64,000 bases of DNA, taken from Callorhinchus milii (Eukaryota). The translations under genes were made by a program, and so were the position numbers. Within the stretch, counting starts at the first letter, position 1. Every line of letters starts with the position of its first letter. The stretch is taken from positions 9,674,001 through 9,738,000 of the forward strand of contig NW_024704742.1 of assembly GCF_018977255.1 (NCBI RefSeq), written 5' to 3'. Shown piece by piece: positions 12,586-25,758 of this stretch. The notes below the pieces were generated by a model that was not told the origin of the DNA, searched no databases, and worked only from the letters and a program-made list of their open reading frames with translations.

Positions 12586-13924
12586 CAGTAGGATGCGTCC
12601 CTCCAGGGAGAGAGAATGCATTCCATTCCAGACACAACAACAGCAACAAATGACATTTGTATTGCGCCTTTCACGTCAGGAGGACGTCCCAAGGTGCTGG
12701 ACAGTCAGGGATCCGCATAGGGCAGGGAAGTTTCCAGATATTTGGAACTCTCAGTTTGGTTTGAATATTCAGGAATAATCATGGGAATTGGTTGCTACAT
12801 GTGTCAGACATCCAGCTGACCAAAAAAGAGCAAAATAAAATTCAGCATTCATATTTCACATTTTAATTACCCACCATCCAAATTGTTGTGGATGAAAGGG
12901 TTAACTCAGTATCAAAAGTTTCAAGCTATCCATATAAACTTGGATGCCATTGTCCACTTACTTAGACTGTTTCTCTAGACAAAACGCGATGCCAAACACG
13001 GATGAACGCTTTATCTTAGACATTTATTATTTGTCCAAATCTCAGGGGACGGAATGTACTTCAGTGCTTTTATTTTCCTAAGAAGCTTTGCTGCTTGTTT
13101 CTAATCATTACTGAATATGCCTTGTGTGAAATAAATTGCTGCATCTATTTTCTTCCTAATAACGCAGTAAAGGAGAAGTGGTGAGTCATTTGCCTTTGCT
13201 CGCTTCTGCCTTCACACTGTCAATTATTGAAATCAAAAGGATATTGCTTGGTTGTTCATTGAAGTGCAGAGAAATTTTCATCTCAATGAGTCGGATGTGA
13301 ATTGCTGTGCTCTCGATAGGGGAGAGATGCTATTTTTATCTTTTAAAAAATAGTGGATCTGCATAAAACACAAGATCATACGTAACATAATCCCCAATGG
13401 GGGAATGGGATTGGAGGGGAAGAGATGGCTATTGACAAGGTACATGATGTGTGTCAGATGTGAATGTCGTAGTTTGCTAACAAGCCAGAGATGACCTGTG
13501 GGATGAGCAAAACATTAATGCTTTACAGAAATCAGAAAGGATGTTGAAATAAAAAGTGCTTAGAAACAAAACAAATTGCTATAATTGCGCTGGGGAAGTT
13601 AATCTATTAAACAGGCCAGGAAATGAGATAGAGAAATTGTTGTGCTCAATAGTTAGATGTTTTTACAGTGAGTATTCTCATAGTTCAAATACAAGTAGAT
13701 TATGTAACATTCAGATTAGCTGCAGAATACATAAACCCTGTTTGTGTTTAATTGAGTTCACAATAAGGTTTCTGTTCTCTAAAGAAGAACTGCAGTTAGC
13801 TTCCTAAAAGTTAGCAAATAAAATTTCTAACTCAGCGATCTTGATCTAGATTAGCCTTGTGGCTTTGTGTAGGACATCGCTGTGTGCATCTGTTTACAGA
13901 AACTTCCCTGCACTTGATTGTACT

Positions 13925-14350
13925 AGGATGACACTCCAGTGCAGTGCTGAAGGAGCACTGCATTGTTAGAGGTGCCGTCCTTCAAATGAGACATTAAATT
14001 GAGGTCCCATCTGCCTGTTAAGGTAGACGTTAAAGATACCACAGCACTTTTCCAAGGAAGGAAAAAGTAAGAACTTGCATTTATAAAGCGCCTTATAAGT
14101 GCATGGGAAGCATCTTGGAGTGTTTAAATTTTGAAGAGATGTTGAAACTGAGAAGAGAGTCTCTCTTGGTGTTTCTCCCGAGGTTAAAAAAATAATTATT
14201 CACTACGTGGCTGTTGTGGGACATTGCTGTGTGTGAATTGGATGCTGCGTTGATCTATAGATGCAGTCACTGCACTTTACACAAAACTGAACCGTTTTGA
14301 GACATTTCAACGTGATAAGGCATTACATCAAAGCCAAAGATTATTATTAT
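13925..14350 (+). mobile_element. Deu-domain SINE, interrupted
   Basis: GACACTCCAGTGCAGTGCTGAAGGAGCACTGCATTGTTAGAGGTGCCGTCCTTC... Other fragments at 1675-1948(-), 20545-20712(-), 51120-51300(+), 51340-51605(-) and 62030-62155(+). Confidence 0.7.
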
Positions 14351-15025
14351 TGTTGTATTTCCATAGACCATCTCAAATGTTCATATACATTTCACATTTG
14401 ATTTGTGGTACTTTTACACCTAATCTGCTCGGTTCCTGTTACTTGCCAAAATTTGTAGGATAGTTTACATTTCTATTTATCCTGTTTTCCAGTGCTCCTT
14501 GGAATCTAATGTATCAATGAAGCCACTGAGGACCCAAAAATGTAGTTAAGTGCAGTGATATACTGCTGATGTCTGCAATCATAAGCAGAACACTATGTAA
14601 TAGTGCACATCACCAGTTTCATTGTATTTAACAACATGAGGAACTTTTCACCCTAAAGGCCATGTTAAAAAAATCAGACCAACACATTAATTTGTTGCTT
14701 TCATGTTCCATGCATCGATCTTGACTTCCCCCTCTGTTATTCCCAAGCAGACAAACATGGCCTGGGACATTGCTGTCTGGCTTGTCAAATCCTTCATGAT
14801 TCTTTTGTAGAGACTGACACTGGACAAATGGCTGCATTCTCAATTTGTACAAAGTTGAAAAGAATGATAGTCAGTCAAATGGTAGAATTGGCTTCATCAG
14901 TCATCTGGACTAAACGTCTCCCTCGCTTTACTTAATGAGTTTGTACCTTTCTGTTAATTGTAGATTAGATTCTCGTAGTGCATTTTGTTTCCAAGGAAAT
15001 TGTAATTATGTTCCACTGAACATCA

Positions 15026-15325
15026 GGGGCTAATTTGCCAGATGTGTTAACCATGTGTAAACACACTTGCAAGGAAAGAATTAACGGTCCTTTTAATTAT
15101 GTAAACAACAACTAATGTAAACGATTCCAGAATCAACTAGGATCCTGTTCATTGGTTGTTTCAAATGTTCCGGTACACTACCCCACTTGAAGGGTTGGTA
15201 TATATATGCACGTTGTTGTTGTCGTTGTTGTTGATTGCACATTGATAATAATAATAATCCTTGCATTTGATACATTCTGTACACGTGTGTTTGCACATAG
15301 GTAAAACATTCCGCAAATTAAACCC
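15026..15325. mobile_element. MITE-like element with imperfect ~40-bp terminal inverted repeats
   Basis: Left GGGGCTAATTTGCCAGATGTGTTAACCATGTGTAAACACAC versus right (reverse complement) GGGTTTAATTTGCGGAATGTTTTACCTATGTGCAAACACAC. Confidence 0.55.
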
Positions 15326-17856
15326 TATTTACACCTCCAGTGTGTCACCTGTCAGGATGTGTATAAGTGCTGGAGTTGAGATGCAGATCATCCAAGGAAT
15401 AGAATAGAGGAACAGGCTCGAGGGCTGAATGGTTTACTCCTGTTCCTTATGTTCCTAAGTAACAAGGGATACCATTTCTCTTCCAACTGCGCAAATATTG
15501 CAAGTTCTTTTTATTCTGTGTATGTTTTGCCATGAACGTGGGCACATCTTTCCTTTCAATAACGTTGGTCTAAGGCCTTTCATTAAATCCAATTTTCTTG
15601 TGTTTATTGGAGCTCCAGAGATGCTACGGTAGAGTTGAGTAACTGAAGGATTACAATTGAGAACTAGCCTACACACATTAACATTTTGATTGTTGCAAAT
15701 GTTTCGGATAGCGAAGTATATTATTAAAAGTGCTTGACTTCCGGAGATCGTTAAAATCAAAGACACATCAAAGAATCCTGCAAAAATCACAGATTGAAAG
15801 CAATCTGAACCCAATATCCTTTCATGCTGACCTCACATATTCATAATCTAATATAGAAAAACTGTCAATAGTCACATAAGTGTGTCCGACAAGATGGATT
15901 GAGGCTCCCAAAAGTACGTTAATTCAGAAATTCACCCAAAATAAAAATGTTATTAATTTGAGTCTTTCAAAGATGATGACTCACTTATGTGTGAAACTTA
16001 ACTAGTCCAGTATTGGAATAACTTGACTGTATCTGGCTTCATTGAGCTGAATTGCCTGTTTCTTTTCAAAGCATCAGAAATAAGAAGCAAAGTGGCAGGT
16101 CACAAGCCTTCTGCCTTATGGTGAAGCATTGTACATACTGTTCCATTCAGCACAGTGATGGAAAGGAAGGCCCCGGGTCCCATTTCCAGGTATGCCTTGA
16201 TTGAGCAGAACACAGCCACAGGTGTAATAGGGACATGATACATTCAGCCTCAGGCTTTCTCTGGACTAGGAAGAAGGGTGAATCAATCTGCACTCTCACT
16301 TCTGATCACTACCAGTTAACAGCTGGAATGTGCGAAAATGTTTTAAGATTATTATTAGGATTCTCTGAGGAAAACTCAGCTCTGTGCCTTTGATGCTGAA
16401 AGTAATAATAATAATCATCCTTACATTTGATATAGCGCCTTATCACGTCTTCTAGACGCCTCAAAGCGCATCAAAGCATATGCTATAAAGTGAATTGACT
16501 GTATATTTTGTGGGTGAAACACAGCAGCCAATTGCACATAGCAGTGTACCACAAACAATCATGGATTGAGTGACCAAATTATTTTTATTAACAGATTATT
16601 GTGGCCCTTGTGCATTGCCTTGCTCTTCTCACCAAGTCCTATCCCTAACAATCCATATGCTCAGACATTTTTAATTTCTTCCTTCTGTATTGTAAATGTC
16701 TACCTAACGGTTGATGTTAAAGACCTCTGGCACCATTTAATAAGTTGGCCAGTCTCTCCTGGGACATTGTGGGACATTGCTGTGCATAAATTGGCTTCAG
16801 TTTTGCCTACAAATGCAGTCACTACACTTTGTGAATCCTGTGACGTGCTTTGAAACATCTCAATGACGTGATAAGGAGCTATATCAAACACAAGTATTAT
16901 TATTATGTTTCTGTGGTTCTTCAGTCCCACAGTGAAGGCAGTTTGGAGGGAAAGATTGAAGTCAGGTTTCCTGCTCCTATACTGCAATACCTTCCAGAAG
17001 TAAACACCAGACACAAGTCTAGGTGGGCAGAAATGTGTGGTAGCAAGTAAAAAAAAATTCAAATTGCCTATGGATAATCAGTTTAGAAAGGGAGAAAAAT
17101 CATAACCAGAATTATTTGAGCAAATGAGAGATTCAGATAAACTGAATGTACCAATTTCTGTCTATTTTACAATTAATTTGAATGATTGAAGAAATCTTTC
17201 AGAAGGGACAGAGAAATTCATGAGGCTGACGTGGATTTGTTTTTTAATGCAACACATTAGCAATGGCATCAAGGAAGAGACCACATATAATCTGGCATTC
17301 ATTAGAAGCCTGAAAGAGATGCAAATATTCTTGTGGGACAAAATATATAGTCAATTCACTTTATAGGATATTCCCTGAAGCGCTTTGAATCATCTCGAAG
17401 ATGTGATAAGGTGCTATATCAAATGCAAAGAATTATTATATGGTTATCATCTTACAACGTACACAAGATCAAGTGATAGTATTCTTTACATTTGGTGTTA
17501 TCGCTTTCCACATCAGGAGGAAAGACATCTAGAAGAAATGAAAAAAATGGAAGAGCAAATCACAGAGGTCATCAGGAAACATAATGAGGAAATGCATCCC
17601 AGAGATGTAGGATTTCTTGCTTTTAATAAGAAGAATCCAGCAGACTTTTGTATGGGCACGAAAGATTAATGATGATGGAAAACAGGTTTCAAATGAACAC
17701 AGATCATTTTCTGTACACTAATGAATCTCAAAACGAATAATGCAGAGTGGGCTCAATTAGATGCATAAACCAGTCCTGCTTTCACGAGTAAACTGTTAAC
17801 CAAAAACGTAAACTAGAATGATTCCCTTTCCTTTTGGACACTGTTGCTCTTCAACT

Positions 17857-18112
17857 TGGAGTCTTCTGGCTCAGTGGTTAGAGAACTTGCCTCGCAAGCG
17901 AGAGGACCTGGGTTCAATTCCCAGGCAGGGCAAAACGTTGGGTGAGTTTTCTTACTCCACACACCTTTGTTTACCTAGCAGGAACCCGGTTAAGTGTCCA
18001 TTGGCAGATTGGTTTTCTGGGGCTAATAATTCCTTCAATTTTTAAAACAAAAAAAAAATTGGTAACTTCAAACCACTATTGTTTGTGGGACATTGCTGTG
18101 CGTAATTAGCTG
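17857..18112 (+). mobile_element. tRNA-derived SINE, 3'-truncated
   Basis: Family head and body. Confidence 0.8.
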
Positions 18113-18389
18113 CTAACAAAATAACAAAACAAATGTACAACTCTGGTCATGCATTGCACCATAGCAACCTCTGGAGCTGATATATAATAATAATAATAAT
18201 TTGGTTAAGCGCCTCTCACATTGGGAGGACGTCCCAAGGCACTTCACATGACATACTCTGAACTGGAGTGACTGTGTGTTTTGTAGGCAAACGCAGCAGC
18301 CAATTTGGCACACAGCACAAATATGAAGTGAATGATCATTTTTTTTAGGTGGGAGGGGGTTGTTAGCCAGGACTCTGGGAGAAACACCC

Positions 18390-18720
18390 TTCAATTTTCA
18401 AATAGTCCCATGGGATCACACAAGCTGCAGAGTTCTGGATGGTCTCCAGCTTGTGGAGGGAAGAGTTGTGCAGGCCAACAAGCAGGGAGTTGGCATAGTC
18501 GAGTCTGGATATGATGAATGTGTGTATAAGGGTTTCAGTGGCCTGAAAGGTGAGGCAGTGGAGGAGCCGGGCGATGTTACGGAGTTTAGGAAAGGAAGAG
18601 CGGATCACGGTACGGATGTGGGATAGAAAGGACAGTTGAGTGTCAAACTCGGCCTCGGCCTTGCTGACATTCAACTGTAAAAGGTTAGCTCTCATCCAGG
18701 AGTTGATGTCTGACAGACAT
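18390..18720 (-). mobile_element. L2 RT 3' fragment
   Basis: LRNIARL...ETLIHTFIISRLDYANSLL...IQNSAA. Confidence 0.85.
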
Positions 18721-18943
18721 TCGGTATTAACACCAAGGATGTCTCAAGTCTCTTGACAAAGTTTCTGTATAGACCAGTTACTACATATTTGCAGGCAAAT
18801 GGGCCAGCAAGCTTGCTGTGGCCCACAAACAACCATGAAGGAAATAATCAATTTAATCTGGGGAATTGTTGGCCATAGAAAAAAGGAGACAGACCCAATT
18901 CTTGGAACTTTCAATTAGCAACATGGAATCTCTATCATCTTCA

Positions 18944-19285
18944 TAATAATAATACTTACATTTGATATAGAGCCTTATCACATCTTCGAGACATCTCAAT
19001 GTGCTTCACAGAATATACTGTAAAGTGAATTGACTGTATATTTTGTGGGCAATACGCAGCAGCCAATTGTGCACGGCAGTGTCCCACAAACAGTAATGGA
19101 TTCAGTGACCAATTGATTATTATTATTATTTTGGAAGGAATTATTACTTCCGGAAAGGCGATCTGCCAACCGACTAGCAATTTACTGCTAGGTAAACATA
19201 GGGGTGTGGAGTAAGGAAACTTGTCTAACGTTTCACCCTGCCCAGGAATCGAACCCAAGTCCTCTCGCTTGTGAGGCAAGTGCGC
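18944..19285 (-). mobile_element. tRNA-derived SINE, long subfamily
   Basis: Family structure on the minus strand. Confidence 0.85.
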
Positions 19286-19749
19286 TCTTGCTTCCCAGGG
19301 AAGGAGATCAAGTTCTGAACAAGAACGTTACTGCGATCCCAAACCTGATTGATTCTTTGTCACAAACTGATGGGGAAGGGCGAAATGGTAATTACCACTT
19401 GTAACATTAACATTTTTATTAAAAAAAAGGAATATCTGAATTATCGATATAGGGAAAGAGATGACAAATTTTTGTTGATGGATGAAACTGTAACCGTTCA
19501 TTCACCTCCCCCATGCTTGCTGTATGAGCCACATATATAAATAATTAGTATGAAAAGATCAGCTCCAAGCCTGGGTGCTGAAGCACGGAATCAATACTTT
19601 TCTACATCAAACAAATTTGCTCATATCGGACTCGACATTCGTTAAATTAGCTGATAAGACATCCAGCTTTCCAGAGCAAACTGCAAATTAAAAAATCCTA
19701 TGAGATGGTAGCACAGGGTAGAGCTCCAGCATACTGTGGTAGGGTGTAC

Positions 19750-20020
19750 AACAACAACAACAAGATTACATTTGTACAGCGCCTTTCACGTCAGGAGGAC
19801 GTCCCAAGACCCTGGACAGTGTACAGCATTTCAGACCTGAGCTGGGGTTGGGGGGTAAGGGAGGGCAGGGGAAGGGGGGTGGCCGATGGCATGGTCGAAG
19901 AGGAGGGTCTTGAGGCAGGACTTGAAGGAGGCTAAGGAGGGAGCGAGGCGGAGTGACTGGGGGATGGAATTCCAGAGGTTGGGGCCAGAGTGGCTGAAGA
20001 CTGGTGGCAGCAGGTAAGGT
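19750..20020 (-). mobile_element. L2 3' end
   Basis: Tail similar to 3640-3857 and very similar to 24210-24530. Confidence 0.8.
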
Positions 20021-22261
20021 GTTCAAAGGAGAGGTGTACTGTAATTGGGAATAAAAATAATAATAATCATCCTTGATTTGATGTACTGCCTTCTCATGTT
20101 GTTCAGACTTCTCAAAGCGCTTCACAGGATATACTGTAATGTATACTGACTGTGTGGTTTGTGGCAGCCAGTTGCGTACAGCAATAATAATAATAATCCT
20201 TGCATTCATCCTCCTGCCTTGCTATGACTTGTTCTGGCAACATTAACGGAGCTTAATTTAGTGCTGCTCCTCCGATGTTTTCTGTGGGTGGCAAATAAGA
20301 ATTCCGTGCTGGAAAATCGCATTCATCAATTTTTTTGAAGACGGGGAACATCAAAACACGTGTTAATGTTTTATGATCATCTAAAATCTACAAGACGTCA
20401 AGATTTAATAAACGTCAATGTACATTTTATTACATTATTTATGTTGTTGGTGCTCCAAGGGTCCAAAAGCTCAAACCGGTTGATGTTACAGTGAAGGAAG
20501 TGCTTGCAATTGCATTGTGTTTTGCCAACATCTCCTGACTCGGGCGAATGTCTCATCCAAAGGATGGAACCTCTGATAATGCAACCTTCCTACTGCACCA
20601 TATTGGAGTGTCAGTCTAGACTAAGTGAGTTCAAAGTCCCAACGTGAAGCTTGAACCCGCAACCTTGTGACCCGGAGGCGAGAGTGCTACTGATTGAGCC
20701 AAGCTGACACCTTAACTGGTAAAGGGGAAACTATGATGTAAGTCAATGTACAAAGGAAATCATAAGAAAAGTTTTGGTAGGGAAACTGTAAGCTGTGTAG
20801 TCATGGTTTGGGACGGACAGATGTGCTGTAGGGAGACAGCTGCTGCTGCTGGCTTGGCTGTTGGTGATGCTCACTTCGTATCGTGCTTTCCATCCTGTGG
20901 GGCTCCAAGTGTTTCAATCGAGGTCGTTGTCTGACCCTAAACTCTAAACACAATTGACTGGTCTTTCCTCCCAAGCCTTTTTGTCGTGCTTCTCTACAAG
21001 TATTTTCCCAATTCAACGCCTATTATTATTGGTGTTCTTAGGGGCTCCACACTCAATCCAAGGACCTAGGTCAATACCAAAGAACCATAGAAATAACTTA
21101 CCTGATTGACCCTGGGCAGCACAATCACCAATGTCTCAGCACAGTCTATAATAATCAAAAATAATAATAATCCTTACATTTGATACAGCACCTTATCATG
21201 TCTTCGAAATGTCTCAAAATGCTTCACAGAACATACTGTAAAATGAATTGACTATATTTTGTGGGTGAAACCAGGCAGCAAATTGTGCACAGCAGTGTCC
21301 CACAAACAGTCGTAGATTGAGTGACCAATTTTTTTTTGAAGGAATTGTTTCCCTGGAAAAGCAATCTATCAATCTAACAATCTAAGCAACTAACAACCGT
21401 GTTCCTACTTACTGCTAGGTAAACACTCTGTACACAGACCTAAGCCAATGTTCACTCAGACCATGCCTTATACACTCCCATACCTAGAAAGCCTCAGCCA
21501 TATTGGGAAACATTATTTCCGCAGCTTAATTAGCTTTCAGCAGCAACTAAGTACATTAAATTGCTGTTTCAACAATGTGTAGGTGGAAACTGTTATCGAC
21601 CACTTGAGCCTTTGGGTGGAACCTTGCTTTTAACAAATGATCTGATGTTCCCATTTTGGAAATCACAAAGTAACATTCCCTGAAGGGGGAAAATCCCCTC
21701 CCCCCACGGCACTGTTAGTATGCTGTTTTGCTTTATTGTAAAATTGCCATTGCCAGCTGGAAATTGAAATGGAGCAGATGTTCCCTTTTTTTTGCTTTCC
21801 GTAAGTGAACCTGGCAGTATAAGCCATCAGTAAAGAGTCACGAGCGAGTTAGCAATTATCCCGCCATAGAAATGAAACGTGCAACACAGTGGGTGTGGAA
21901 AGTGTTTGCAGACTTGTTGTGTGCTCTGTTTCATAAACAGAAGGTGAACATCGACAGGGTGGGAACACACTTGCAGTTTAGATGTCATCAGAACCTGGAA
22001 ATATGGCATCACCAGCTGAACTCTGTAGTTATACTGTCATCTCGAACACTATACCATTAATGTTTTCATTACACAAGTTTTTAGAGCTAAGCTTTATTTA
22101 CATTGGAATATATGGAATCTTTATTTCAAGCGCCCGGAACGCTACTCCGCGTGAAGGGGGCAAAATAAATTTCAAGTTGTTGTTGTTTACAACGCTGAGG
22201 CACAGACTGTTTGGCTCAAATAGTCCATGCTGGTGTTTATATTCCACATGAGCTGCTTATT

Positions 22262-22630
22262 GTGGAGTCCTGTAGCTCAGTGGTTAGAGCACTCGCCTCG
22301 CAAGCAAGAGACTTGGGTTCGATTCCCAGCAGAGCGAAATGTTGGGCAAGTCTCCATACTCCAACACCCTTTACCTAGTAGCAAGTAGGAACCCGGTTGT
22401 TAGTTGATTGACGGATCTCTTTTCTGGGGGTAATAATGCCTTAAAAAAAACTAATAAATTGGTCACTTTAATCCACGACTGTTTGTGGGACACTACTATG
22501 CGCAATTGGCTGCTCAGGTTTCACCCACAAAATATACGGTCAATTCATTCTACAGTATATTCTGTGAAGCGTTTTGAGACGTCTCAAAGACGTGATAAGG
22601 TGTTATATCAAATACAAGGATTATTATTAT
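22262..22630 (+). mobile_element. tRNA-derived SINE, long subfamily, full length
   Basis: GTGGAGTCCTGTAGCTCAGTGGTTAGAGCACTCGCCTCGCAAG...GGTTCGATTCC; (TTA)n tail. Confidence 0.9.
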
Positions 22631-22919
22631 TCCCTCTCCCTATCCTCTATTCTCTTCTCCTTTATCTATGCATGCATCATGGAGGTTTCAAGATGGGAGT
22701 TTACTATCACAATTGACCTGGGAATGATAACGACCTGAATTTGCTCATAGCGACTCCAAGTCATAGAGACTCCTACTGGTGATCTGAACTGCCCTGCACT
22801 GCCATGTGCTCTGTGATCTATACCCGGCCACAATGGAGAGGGGTCCCCATGGGCCAACATGACACATGTCTGGTTACCAACAGGAGTGGCTATTTGTGCC
22901 TTGGCATCATTCTAAGCAA

Positions 22920-23296
22920 ATAATAATCCTTGCATTTGATATTGTGCCTTTTCATGCCTTAGTGACATCTGCAAGTGCTTCACAAGATATACTGTAAAGC
23001 AAATTGACTGTATATTTTGTGGGCAAAACAAGGCAGCTAATTGCACATAGCAGTGGCCAACTAACAGTCGTGGATTAAGTGACCACATTTTTTAAAAACT
23101 TTTTTTGAAGGGATTATTACCCCCGGAAAAGCAATCTGTCAATCACAACTAACAACCAGGTTCCTACTTACAGCTAGATAAACAGAGACATGTGGAGTAA
23201 GAAAACTTGCCTAACATTTCACCCTGCCCGGGAATCGAACCCAGGCCCTCTTGCTTGGGAGGCAAGTACTCTAACCACTAAGCCACAGAACTCCAG
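22920..23296 (-). mobile_element. tRNA-derived SINE, long subfamily, full length
   Basis: Reverse-complement family structure. Confidence 0.87.
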
Positions 23297-24209
23297 GTAG
23301 CAAACACTGTTTGCAACACCCATGACCACTTGGAAGTCCAGCTACTGCCTCTTTAACTAGGGATGAGTGGGTACAACTAGTGGAAAGATTGGACAGGTTG
23401 GAGATTTTCTCACTGAAGAAGAGATGGGAGGGGACCTGATGGAGGTGTTTAAAAAGGGTTCTATAAGATGGACTTCATTGGCCTTTTCCACTTGTTGAGT
23501 CCAGAACAAGGGAGTATTAATATAAGACATCCACTAACAGATCTAAAAGGGAGTTTAAGAGAATCTTCTTTACGCAGAGGGTAATGTGAATGAGGAACTC
23601 ATTGTCAGAAGCTGTGGTTGAAGCAAAAAGCAACAATTAAGAATAAAATTGATGCATGAGTGAGGGAGAAGGAAATAGTAGGAGATAGGAGAGGGGTTGG
23701 CATGACACATGTCAGTTACCATCAGGAGTTGCAATGTGGAGACTCTTGTGGAGTATAATAAAAAAANTGACATTTGTATAGCGCCAAACAAAGAATATAA
23801 ACATCAGCGGATACTAATTAGGTTGAATGGTCTGTCTCTGTGTTGTAACATTCTATGTCATTTTGTCTTCTATGAAGGTAACTCTTTCAAGTGATAGGAA
23901 GGAGGCGGTTTTATAACATCAGGAGGTTATCTATGTTATAGTCAGAAAGAGAAGGCTTCACTGATAAACAATATACTCTGATTTACAGAAGCATAGCCCT
24001 GTTGTACAGTACATACTATATGAGAGATGCTGCTAACTTTCCACACAACAACGACAACTCGCTTGACAATGGCAGAATATGACTCCGAGTGGGGGNAAGG
24101 GGAAGTGACCGTAGGTACAATTGAATAGGAAGGTCTTCAGGCATGACCTGAAAATGGGGAAAGAAGGTACAAGGCGGAGAATGTGCCAGAGTTTCAGGGA
24201 GTGGTGGTA

Positions 24210-24530
24210 CAACAACAACAGCAACAGCAACAAGATTACATTTGTATAGCGCCTTTCATGTCAGGAGGATGTCCCAAGGCGCTGGACAGTGTACAGCATT
24301 TCAGACCCGAGCTGGGGTCAGGGGGGGAGAAGGGAGAGGAGGGGAAGGGGGGTGACCGATGGCATAGTTGAGGAGGAGGGCTTTGAGGCGGGACTTGAAG
24401 GAGGCTAAGGAGGGGGCGAGGCAGAGTGACTGGGGGATGGAATCCAGAGGTTGGGGGCAGAGTGGCTGAAGGCTCTCCTGCCAATGGTGGGGCGGGTAGG
24501 TCGGAGGACGTGGAACAGGCCAGAGCCGGC
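24210..24530 (-). mobile_element. L2 3' end
   Basis: GRRAFSHSAPNLW plus tail motif GGGACATCCTCCTGACATGAAAGGCGCT. Confidence 0.8.
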
Positions 24531-25758
24531 TGAGCTTATAAGAGTCTTATAAAAGAAAATCTTTCTTAATAAAAATTCAAATACCTCTACGGCCTTGCTC
24601 CACCATACCTCTGTGACGTTCTGTGATATCTTCGCCCAACTCTCCCCAACATCGTTGGCCGGGATTTCAGCTAATTTGGCCCCTCTCTCAAACTCCATCC
24701 TGGTATCCCACCATCTCGTCCTCTCCTTCTCCACCTTTAAAGCCCACCTTATAACCTTTCTTTTCAACCACATGTTTGGTCACTTTTCCTCACCTTTCCT
24801 CAGTTCCTTGCACACCCACACCCACCCACCCACCAGTTCATGCTCCCAGTTACTTCTGTGAGATATCCTCCCAACACAAAAAACACTGTATAACTGTAAA
24901 ATAATTATTGTGTTTAAAGTTGACACTGTAATGATAATAATAATAATCCTTGCATTTGATATAGCGCCTTATCACTACTTTGAGACATCTCAAAGTGCTT
25001 CACAGAATATAGTCAATTCTCTCTAAAGTGAATTGGCTAAATATTGTGTGGGTGAAAATTCCATTAACCGTCTACCATCTAAACCTTCCTATGAGCCAGA
25101 TCAGTGATTATGAATGAGACAGAAGGCTTTAAGCATGAACAAAAGTGATCGAATATTTCACAGAACATCGTAAATCCACTTCTGTTGGCACCGTAAGACT
25201 GACATGTGAGAAATACAACCAAACAGGGCTGAATAATTGGAGCTGGAATGTTTAACTGGTCTCTTGAGACTGGGCTGTTTGTTCTACAATGGTTGGGAGC
25301 GAGCCAGACAGAAATGTCACAGGGTTTCATTTTTTGGAAGTTTCACCTATTGTTATTAACTTCTATCAGCAGATTAAATAAATTCAGAAGAATCTATGTG
25401 TCCAAGGTGCATACAGACAATCAATCTCAATGAACCAAATGACTCACTATGCTTTAAGATTTGATAAAATTAAAGCTCCCTCCTTCACTCTGATTAAATA
25501 GCTCATAGTTACTCCAAGTAATCAACTCCCCTCCCCTCGAAAAGATAAATCATTCACTTAATGGCTGTTTAGGGGACATTTCTGTGAGCAAATTGGTTGC
25601 CAAGTTTGCCTATGAATATAGTTACTTCACAGTAAATTACGTGAAGCACTTCGAGACATTTTGCTGACATGATAAGGCAACGTAACAAATGCAAGGTTTT
25701 TTTTAATGTGTGCATTTTGTCACAGTTTTTAATTCTATATCATCTTTATTTTTATTTA

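Noticed and set aside
15455..15814. 119-aa minus-strand ORF with Cys residues
   Set aside because: No recognisable domain or partner exons.
20801..21016. Short Gln-rich minus-strand ORF
   Set aside because: Small CAG run only; no homology recognised and no convincing exon structure.
22262..22340. tRNA-Ala-like sequences at SINE heads
   Set aside because: A and B boxes are present but there is no proper acceptor stem, and each continues into the SINE body. They are not tRNA genes.
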